Shown piece by piece: positions 57,384 to 64,000 of a stretch of 64,000 nucleotides of DNA (the first letter of the stretch is position 1; each line of letters opens with the position of its first letter). A program made the translations under genes and the position numbers. A model generated the notes under the pieces. That model saw nothing but the letters and a program-made list of their open reading frames with translations, was not told where the DNA came from and made no database searches. The stretch is from Candidatus Altimarinota bacterium (GTDB lineage: Bacteria > Patescibacteriota > Gracilibacteria > UBA1369 > JBGAUX01): NCBI GenBank assembly GCA_044228405.1, contig JBGAUX010000002.1, positions 1,805-65,804 of the forward strand. The letters run 5' to 3'.

Positions 57384-58328
57384 CTAGCGCTGAACACCAC
57401 TTACAGACCGGCCTTCGAAAACATTTTTCACTATGTGTGCCAATAAACTTGCTGTAGAAAGAACCTTTAAGCCTTTAAATTGTTTCTCACTAGGCAAAGG
57501 AATTGTATCGGTTACCACTACTTCTTTAAAATTTGCTTCTTTTAATCTTTCCACTGCAGGGTCAGAAAAAACCGCATGAGTAGCGGCTAAATACATATCT
57601 TTTTCGGCACCAGCACCTAATAATGCTTTTTTTGCAGCACAAACAGAGCCAGCAGTATCAATCATATCATCAAAAATCAAACAAACTTTGCCTTCAACAT
57701 CACCCACAACATGCGAAGCTTCTGCCACATTGTGTTTAGGACGCACCTTATGTATTAACGCAATAGGACAGCCCAATAAATTTGCAAATCTTCTTACATC
57801 TTTTACGCCACCCGCATCTGTAGCTACCACAACCAAATTTTTAAGGTTTTTCTTTTTAAAATAATCTGCAAACAAATGATGTGTACCCACATGATCAACA
57901 GGGAAGTCAAAAAATCCTTGTTCTTGATCGCTATGCAAAGAGATAGTAATTAAGTTATCTGCACCAGCTTTTGCAATTAAATTAGCAATCAACTTGGCAG
58001 TGATTGGTTCCCTAGCAGAAGCCACGCGATCTTGTCTGCCATAACCATAATGAGGAATAATTACATGAATTTTTTCTGCTGAAGACCTCTTAAATGCATC
58101 GAGCATTACAAACAATTCCATCAAGTCCTCATTCACATTATTCGTGCATGTTTGAACAATAAACACCTCCGATCGACGCACAGTTTCCAAAGGCTTCGCA
58201 TAAATTTCTCCGCACGCAAAACGAGAAATCTCCATTGGAGACAACTTAATTCTTAAACTCTTAGCTATACTACTCGCAAGCTGAGGATGAGAAGTTCCCG
58301 AAAAAATCTTGAGTTTTACAGATGGCAT
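57384..58328 (-). CDS. prs: Ribose-phosphate pyrophosphokinase
   Basis: 314 aa; ...IPHYGYGRQDR...; ...LIFDDMIDTAGS... Confidence 0.95.
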   Translation of the reverse strand: MPSVKLKIFSGTSHPQLASSIAKSLRIKLSPMEISRFACGEIYAKPLETVRRSEVFIVQTCTNNVNEDLMELFVMLDAFKRSSAEKIHVIIPHYGYGRQDRVASAREPITAKLIANLIAKAGADNLITISLHSDQEQGFFDFPVDHVGTHHLFADYFKKKNLKNLVVVATDAGGVKDVRRFANLLGCPIALIHKVRPKHNVAEASHVVGDVEGKVCLIFDDMIDTAGSVCAAKKALLGAGAEKDMYLAATHAVFSDPAVERLKEANFKEVVVTDTIPLPSEKQFKGLKVLSTASLLAHIVKNVFEGRSVSGVQR

Positions 58329-58359
58329 ATGCTTTTTTGCTTGGGCAATTTATAACACA

Positions 58360-59289
58360 TCAAGCCAATTTAATCAAAGACTTCAATTTCTTTAATAACG
58401 AATTTTTGTCCAAACCAGCTTTTGTATATATCAATTCCTTTTTATTTGAATCAGTAAAATCTTCAAATCCAAAAATGAAAAGTCTAGTTGGATACTTTTC
58501 CGCGAAAAGTTTGGCAAGCATTGAGCCCAGGCCGCCGAGCACAAAATGATCTTCTACCACAGCAGACACCTTTGTTTCACTGGCATATTTAATGATCACT
58601 TTCTCATTAAGAGGCTTAAGTGAAGACACATTAACAATTTTTAAATTGATATCATCGCGCTTTAATTCATCCGCAATCTGTAAAAGTGGCTTCAACATTG
58701 CCCCATAAGAAAACACGGTTATATCACTTCCCTTGCGCAAAACATCAACATTACCTTCTTTAAATGTAGTTTTTTTAGCAGGAATCTCAGCATCTTCATC
58801 AAAAGAAATTCTAATATAAACAGGACCAAAAATTTGAGCCGCTTCTTCTAAAACATGCTTTAATTCTTCAGAATTAGCTGGAGCAAAAACCTTCATATTT
58901 GGCAATGAAAGGATTAAAGAAAGATCATCAATGGCATGATAAGCAGGTCCTTGTTGATTCAGAGTTGTGCCCGCATCTAAGCCAATTAATTTAACATTTA
59001 AATTTGGGTAAGCAATCATATCTCTCACCTGTTTATACCCAGATGCCAGTAAAAAAACAGCATCCGCACAAACAAACGGCATTTTGCCTCTCAAGGTTAA
59101 TGCTGACGCAAAAGCGAGAGCACTCTGCACAGAAACACCTTGAGGCCAATATCTATCTTCATAGTTTTTAGCAAAGATTTCCATTTTTGAGCCTGGCGAA
59201 ATCACAGGATTAACTAGGCATAAATTTTTATACTTAGCCCCTAGCTTTAAAAGATTTTCATCTACTAATTTGTTTACAGATCTCATCAT
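58360..59289 (-). CDS. Transketolase, C-terminal (pyrimidine-binding) subunit
   Basis: 309 aa; split-type transketolase C-terminal half; TGA stop at 58360. Confidence 0.88.
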   Translation of the reverse strand: MMRSVNKLVDENLLKLGAKYKNLCLVNPVISPGSKMEIFAKNYEDRYWPQGVSVQSALAFASALTLRGKMPFVCADAVFLLASGYKQVRDMIAYPNLNVKLIGLDAGTTLNQQGPAYHAIDDLSLILSLPNMKVFAPANSEELKHVLEEAAQIFGPVYIRISFDEDAEIPAKKTTFKEGNVDVLRKGSDITVFSYGAMLKPLLQIADELKRDDINLKIVNVSSLKPLNEKVIIKYASETKVSAVVEDHFVLGGLGSMLAKLFAEKYPTRLFIFGFEDFTDSNKKELIYTKAGLDKNSLLKKLKSLIKLA

Positions 59290-59293
59290 ATGA

Positions 59294-59737
59294 TTATTTT
59301 AAAACGACTTTATCACCCACATTAAAAGCATTTTTATCTGCCAACCCAGCATTTATTTCCAGTACATACTGCGAATTATCGGCTCTATACAAAGCACAAT
59401 CTTTATCCTCTTTTGCCCCACAAGGTTGTACATTTTTATCAATTTTAACGATTTCCCAATTACCATTTATAAAAATAATATCCAAAGGCAATAAAGTATC
59501 TTTCATCCAAAATGTTTGAATATCTGGCTTCGAAAAAAGAAAAACCATACCTCGACTATCCAACATTTCATCCCTATTCATCAATCCCTTTGCCCTCTCT
59601 TCGGTTGTATTTGCCACCTCTACATCAAATTCAAAAACACCTTGAGCAGTTTGCACTTCTAGTTTTTGCAAATCGCCACCCTGCAAACCACATCCAGTTA
59701 AAGCCAAAAATATAACAAAGCAAATTATTTTTTTCAT
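59294..59737 (-). CDS. DUF192 family lipoprotein
   Basis: 147 aa; lipobox FLALTGC; ...GLMNRDEMLDSRGMVFLF...FWMKDTLLPLDIIFI... matches the DUF192 pattern. Confidence 0.8.
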   Translation of the reverse strand: MKKIICFVIFLALTGCGLQGGDLQKLEVQTAQGVFEFDVEVANTTEERAKGLMNRDEMLDSRGMVFLFSKPDIQTFWMKDTLLPLDIIFINGNWEIVKIDKNVQPCGAKEDKDCALYRADNSQYVLEINAGLADKNAFNVGDKVVLK

Positions 59738-60568
59738 CTAGTTATTTTTTAAAATCTTTTGTGCCTCTTTAAATTCATTTGCCGAAAATTTAGAAACAAA
59801 GTAACCCGGATTTTTTTCTGCAAAAGATATTCCTTGCCCACTAACAGTGTTAACCCATAAGCAAACTGGCTGTTTTTGTATTCTCCAAGCTCGTCCAATT
59901 GCATCTAAAATTTCACTATAATCGTGCCCATTTACAACTTGTATAACCTTAAATCCAAAAGCCTCTATTTTTTGTTGAATTGGCATAACATCACGCAAAC
60001 TTTTTACAAAACCATCCATTTGCAAACCAGCACTATCAATAATTAAAACCAAATTATCGCATTTATTTTGACTAGCCATCAATAAACTCTCCCAAAATAT
60101 ACCTTTCTGCAATTCATAATCAGCACACATAGCATAAACCATATTGCTAGCTTTTTCTCTTTTTAAACTCGAAGCTAAGCCCACAGCAAACGCAACCCCT
60201 TCGGCGTGACTACCTGCAGTATGCACAACTCCAGGCACTTTTCTATTGGGTGTAAACTTTAAATTTCCACCCGCCACATAATCCTTTAATGTATCTTTTT
60301 TGAAAAAATTCAAATCAGCCAACACGGCATATTGTGCTAGCAGACCCTCAATTTTAGACATTACAAAATAATCCTGCTTATCCCAACCTGGTTTTTTTGC
60401 GTCAAAAGATAAAATTTTTTCATCGCCAACTTTGCCGTAATACAAAGCAATTAAAATATCCAAACATGAAAAAGACGCGCCTAAATAGCCAAAATCAGCC
60501 TTGTGTATGGTGTTCATCACCAGCTCTCTTAGCTCTTTTCCCTTAGTTTGAAGTTGAGATATTTTCAT
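59738..60568 (-). CDS. Transketolase, N-terminal (TPP-binding) subunit
   Basis: 276 aa; ...GASFSCLDILIALYY...GSHAEGVAFAVGLA...; split-type N-terminal half. Confidence 0.88.
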   Translation of the reverse strand: MKISQLQTKGKELRELVMNTIHKADFGYLGASFSCLDILIALYYGKVGDEKILSFDAKKPGWDKQDYFVMSKIEGLLAQYAVLADLNFFKKDTLKDYVAGGNLKFTPNRKVPGVVHTAGSHAEGVAFAVGLASSLKREKASNMVYAMCADYELQKGIFWESLLMASQNKCDNLVLIIDSAGLQMDGFVKSLRDVMPIQQKIEAFGFKVIQVVNGHDYSEILDAIGRAWRIQKQPVCLWVNTVSGQGISFAEKNPGYFVSKFSANEFKEAQKILKNN

Positions 60569-60609
60569 GTAAAAGCAAGAATCTATACTTCAATTTTACA
60601 TAGATAAAA

Positions 60610-61020
60610 CTATTCAACAAGCGTAAAACCCAATTCTTCCAAACCATCCTGCACAAACTTCCGCTTAGCTATTTCAGGATGAGGAATAGTTAAATTTTCT
60701 GTATCAATAAACAAATCTTCGTAAATCAAAATATCAATATCAATTATGCGTGACCCCCATTTTTTTTGACGCACCCTGCCCATCGCCTCTTCTATCGACA
60801 AGCATTTTTTCAATAATTGAAAAGGACTTAAATCACTTTTCACCTTTAAAACTTGGTTTAAATATTGAGGTTGAACTAAGGCTCCTAACGGCTTTGTTTC
60901 AACAACTCTCGATGAATTTAACACCTCAATTTTGGCCTCATTTAAAAGCTTAATCGCTGTTTCCAAATTGTCCTCTCTATTACCCAAATTTGTCCCCAAA
61001 CCCAAATATATTGTGGCCAT
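60610..61020 (-). CDS. folK: 2-amino-4-hydroxy-6-hydroxymethyldihydropteridine diphosphokinase (HPPK)
   Basis: I chose the ATG at 61020 (MATIYLGLGTNLGNREDNL...); the track start at 61035 would overlap the upstream gene by 14 nt; ...WGSRIIDIDILIYED... Confidence 0.88.
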   Translation of the reverse strand: MATIYLGLGTNLGNREDNLETAIKLLNEAKIEVLNSSRVVETKPLGALVQPQYLNQVLKVKSDLSPFQLLKKCLSIEEAMGRVRQKKWGSRIIDIDILIYEDLFIDTENLTIPHPEIAKRKFVQDGLEELGFTLVE

Positions 61021-61021
61021 A

Positions 61022-61486
61022 TTAAAATTCAACATTAACTTTTTCGCCTTTATAAATAACTGATGAATCTGCCGTTTCCCATAATTGCAGTTCAGCCAAA
61101 CGAATTGTTTCGGTTGAATGCATCATGTCTAAATTTTCATTATCTTTAATGTATTTTTTTAATTCTTCTGCAATGTTTGGATCGTCCAATTCTTCTTTTA
61201 ACATATTGGGTAAATCGGCCAAACGACGCCAAATCCAAACTATAACTCTTTCCGCAGAAGGATTTTCAATAAAATCATTTAAAAGTCGATGATCCAAAGT
61301 GTCCAAAATATGTTTTTTGACTAGTCGTTTTAAAACCACAAAATCAATAACCAATCCATTAGACTGAATATCGCCCTCTACAGTAACTCGCAATTTATAT
61401 GTATGACCGTGTAAATGCTCACATTTACCATAATACTTGGTTAAAAAATGCGCGCTATCAAAGGAAAAATCTTTAGAAACTAACAT
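61022..61486 (-). CDS. 6-pyruvoyl-tetrahydropterin synthase / QueD-family protein
   Basis: 154 aa; ...FSFDSAHFL...GKCEHLHGHTYKLRVTVEG... (C-E-H-L-H-G-H zinc/active-site motif). Confidence 0.85.
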   Translation of the reverse strand: MLVSKDFSFDSAHFLTKYYGKCEHLHGHTYKLRVTVEGDIQSNGLVIDFVVLKRLVKKHILDTLDHRLLNDFIENPSAERVIVWIWRRLADLPNMLKEELDDPNIAEELKKYIKDNENLDMMHSTETIRLAELQLWETADSSVIYKGEKVNVEF

Positions 61487-61526
61487 AGTGATTGTTTAAA
61501 CAAAGCCAAAATAACTCGTAAAAAGT

Positions 61527-62303
61527 TTAAAGTAAAGCTTGTACAGTTTGCTTCACATCATGAACACGCACAATGCTAGCACCATTTTCAACGCAATCCT
61601 TTGCGGTTTTAATGGAAGCCTCTAAGCGATCTTTAACATCTCCTCCTAAGAAAGATTTTCTCGATGTACCAACTAAAATGGGGCACCCAAGTGTATTTAA
61701 TTCAGCCAGTCTATCTATGATTTCAAAGCTATATTTAGCTACAGAGCTAACAAAACCACCCATGCCTGGGTCAACAATAATTCGACTTTTATCAACACCA
61801 TTAGCCACCAAAAATTCTATTCTTTTTTGTAGAAAAGTTTTAATAGTTCCCACTACATTATCGTATTCTTGAGCAAAAGCAGTGGTGCGTGGCCCCAAAT
61901 CTTTTGAATACATAATTACAATCGGCACATTAAATTCATTCAAAACTTTCAGCATATTTTGTTCATCAAACCTAAGTGCGCTAACGTCATTAACCATATT
62001 GGCGCCTGCCAAAATAGCTTCTTTAGCCACTTGAGATTTACAAGTATCTATTGAAATAGTGACATTTTTATCAAATTCCCTAATAGCACGAATAACTGGA
62101 ATCACTCTTTTCAATTCCTCTTCCACACTCACATCTTTTGATCCAGGACCAGAAGATTCGCCACCAATATCAATAATTTTGGCACCGTCTTCTATCATTT
62201 TTAGTGCTTGCTTAAGCGCTTCACCAACAGCCAAATACTGCCCTCCATCCGAAAAAGAATCAGGCGTCACATTCAAAATGCCCATTATTAAAGACTGCTT
62301 CAT
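61527..62303 (-). CDS. folP: Dihydropteroate synthase
   Basis: 258 aa; ...GILNVTPDSFSDGG...IIDIGGESS...VNDVSAL... Confidence 0.95.
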   Translation of the reverse strand: MKQSLIMGILNVTPDSFSDGGQYLAVGEALKQALKMIEDGAKIIDIGGESSGPGSKDVSVEEELKRVIPVIRAIREFDKNVTISIDTCKSQVAKEAILAGANMVNDVSALRFDEQNMLKVLNEFNVPIVIMYSKDLGPRTTAFAQEYDNVVGTIKTFLQKRIEFLVANGVDKSRIIVDPGMGGFVSSVAKYSFEIIDRLAELNTLGCPILVGTSRKSFLGGDVKDRLEASIKTAKDCVENGASIVRVHDVKQTVQALL

Positions 62304-63136
62304 GTTAACAAATTAGGCAGATTCTCTTTCCATAACTTAATTAAATTTGCAGTTACAGCACCAGGAACAGTCGCATTTACTGGAAAATCATCAATATGAC
62401 TAACCGGTATTACGCTCCTAATTGAATTAGTTAAAAATATTTCATCAGCCTCGTAAAAAGATTCCTTATAGCATCTCTCAAAAATAAGACTATAACCAGC
62501 TTTTACAGCTAGCCCTAGTAAAACTTCTCGCACAGTGCCCGACAACATATCCATTTCTGGCACATGAATTTCGTTATTTTTAACAAAATAAACATTTGTT
62601 ATAGACCCCTCCGTAATATACCCATCGGCATCAACAAAAAGAGCTTCGTATGCACCTTTGGGAATCATAGTTTGCTTTGCCTTAACCATTGGCACCAAAC
62701 TTATAGACTTAACTTCTGGCAAGGCTCTCGAAAAGGGCACAGTAATAACTTTTACACCACTTTCATAATTCTCTATTGGCTCGGGCTCTAGCTCGTTTGC
62801 CAAAATCACCATAGTTGGATTTTTGCAGGTATCAAAAGTAAAATTATTTTCTCCTCTTGTTAATGTCACACGAATTCTGGCTTCTTTTAAATCATTTTTA
62901 GCTATCAACTCTTTAATGAAAGTATAAATTTCACGCTCCGAATATGGCAAATTAAGCTTTAATACATCAGCAGACCGCTTAAGCCGCTTATAGTGAGCCT
63001 CATAATTAAAAATTAAACCACCATAAGTTCTTAAAGTTTCATAAATACCATCTCCATACAAAAACCCGTGATCAAAAATTGATATTTTTGCATCTTTGGA
63101 GTCAATAAATTCGCCGTTAAGAAAAACTGTAGACAT
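62300..63136 (-). CDS. pabC: Class IV aminotransferase-fold protein, probable aminodeoxychorismate lyase
   Basis: 278 aa; ...GFLYGDGIYETLR... fold-type IV PLP enzyme; lies between pabB and folP; ATGA overlap with folP. Confidence 0.7.
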   Translation of the reverse strand: MSTVFLNGEFIDSKDAKISIFDHGFLYGDGIYETLRTYGGLIFNYEAHYKRLKRSADVLKLNLPYSEREIYTFIKELIAKNDLKEARIRVTLTRGENNFTFDTCKNPTMVILANELEPEPIENYESGVKVITVPFSRALPEVKSISLVPMVKAKQTMIPKGAYEALFVDADGYITEGSITNVYFVKNNEIHVPEMDMLSGTVREVLLGLAVKAGYSLIFERCYKESFYEADEIFLTNSIRSVIPVSHIDDFPVNATVPGAVTANLIKLWKENLPNLLT

Positions 63137-63175
63137 AAAAACAAGCTAATTGCACCATTAGAGTACCATGTTTTT

Positions 63176-64000
63176 TTAAGCCGACAAACTCATAAATAAA
63201 GCTTTCGCCTTATCAAAACTTTCTTCATATTCCTCTTTAGCACTCGAATCCACAACCACCCCTCCGCCTGCGCCAAAATAAAAACTACCATCGCGATTCA
63301 ACAAGGTTCTAATCATAATATTAAAATCCATATTACCATTAGCCGAAAAATAGCCTGCAGAGCCACAATAAACAGCACGCTTTACTTTTTCCAAATCAGA
63401 AATAATCTCCATTGTTCTCCTTTTTGGACATCCTGTAATAGATCCACCCGGAAATAAAGCCTTAAAAACATCCAAATTATCTTTATCCTCATGCAATTTT
63501 CCCTCCACCACAGAATAGGTGTGAAGCACATGAGACAACTTCATGATTTTGCGATCGATTGTAACTTTCACGCTCCCAGTTTGACAAACTTGCCCTAAGT
63601 CATTACGCGCTAAATCAACAATCATAGCTAATTCGGCCTTATTTTTTTTAGAATTAAGAAGAATTTCAGCCTTTTCCTTGTCTTCTGCAACTGTATTTCC
63701 TCGCTTTACCGTGCCCTTAATTGGACATGTTTGCACAACTCCATCATAAACAGACACCAAGCGCTCTGGCGAAGAACTAATCACAGTAAAATCTGGATGC
63801 TGAAAAAAACACGCCTGCTGTGAGGGGTTGATTTTGAAAAGTTTTTTGTACACCAACCAAGAATCAATATCCGATTTAAGCTCAAACTGCTGAGCAAAAT
63901 TAACCTGATAAGTTTCACCGGCTAAAAGACTATTTTTTATTTTTCCAATGCATTTTTCATACTGTTCTAAAGTTAAATTAGATTCAATTTTCGGTTCTTT
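63176..64000 (-). CDS. pabB: Chorismate-binding enzyme, probable aminodeoxychorismate synthase component I (N-terminus outside window)
   Basis: The frame stays open upstream of the track start (TTG at 63856) to the window edge: ...LAGETYQVNFAQQFE...SSSPERL...PIKGT...AELAMIVDLARNDLG...LFPGGSITGCPK... Confidence 0.85.
   Translation of the reverse strand, partial: KEPKIESNLTLEQYEKCIGKIKNSLLAGETYQVNFAQQFELKSDIDSWLVYKKLFKINPSQQACFFQHPDFTVISSSPERLVSVYDGVVQTCPIKGTVKRGNTVAEDKEKAEILLNSKKNKAELAMIVDLARNDLGQVCQTGSVKVTIDRKIMKLSHVLHTYSVVEGKLHEDKDNLDVFKALFPGGSITGCPKRRTMEIISDLEKVKRAVYCGSAGYFSANGNMDFNIMIRTLLNRDGSFYFGAGGGVVVDSSAKEEYEESFDKAKALFMSLSA

Overview
AT-rich (high-30s % GC by eye), very gene-dense bacterial chromosome segment. 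It uses the standard code: TGA is a stop at 58360 and 62300, and there are no in-frame TGA breaks. All family calls come from motifs I recognise in the translations; no database search was run.

Gene order:
- End of the str operon (fusA', tuf), then a ~3 kb insert with two ORFans, one of them a 556-aa Cys-rich protein.
- An S10-spc-alpha ribosomal supercluster (rpsJ to rplQ). rpmJ is missing from the ORF track and overlaps infA. There is no rpmD/L30 between rpsE and rplO.
- rplM-rpsI-trmD, a P2-type cation ATPase, DUF167 and rsmA.
- A minus-strand pyrimidine cluster, pyrB-pyrC | pyrE-pyrF, split by a ~6 kb insert. The insert carries a small repeat protein, a 1524-aa STAND/AAA_16-type NTPase and a secreted protein with two FN3-like domains.
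- carA without carB, then an orphan ~430-nt non-coding transcription unit with its own promoter and terminator, then two weakly paralogous ORFans.
- An exonuclease-DinG fusion, the complete F1Fo ATP synthase operon, a LOG-family protein, uvrB and an IMPase.
- A ~4 kb GC-richer copper-resistance islet (csoR-copA-HMA/permease-cupredoxin). It is bracketed by tRNA-Arg(GCG) and a 20-nt direct repeat of the tRNA 3' end, with no integrase.
- rpe-rpiB-prs, a split transketolase with a DUF192 gene between its halves, and a folate cluster (folK, PTPS/QueD-like, folP, pabC, pabB').

The missing L30, the lack of Shine-Dalgarno motifs, the tailed ribosomal proteins and the compact layout are consistent with a CPR/Patescibacteria-like organism, but that is inference only.

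Best candidates for novel biology:
- the stand-alone STAND NTPase inside the split pyr operon;
- the tRNA-bounded, integrase-less copper islet;
- the orphan ncRNA unit with its adjacent paralogous ORFan pair;
- the Cys-rich protein inserted between tuf and rpsJ.
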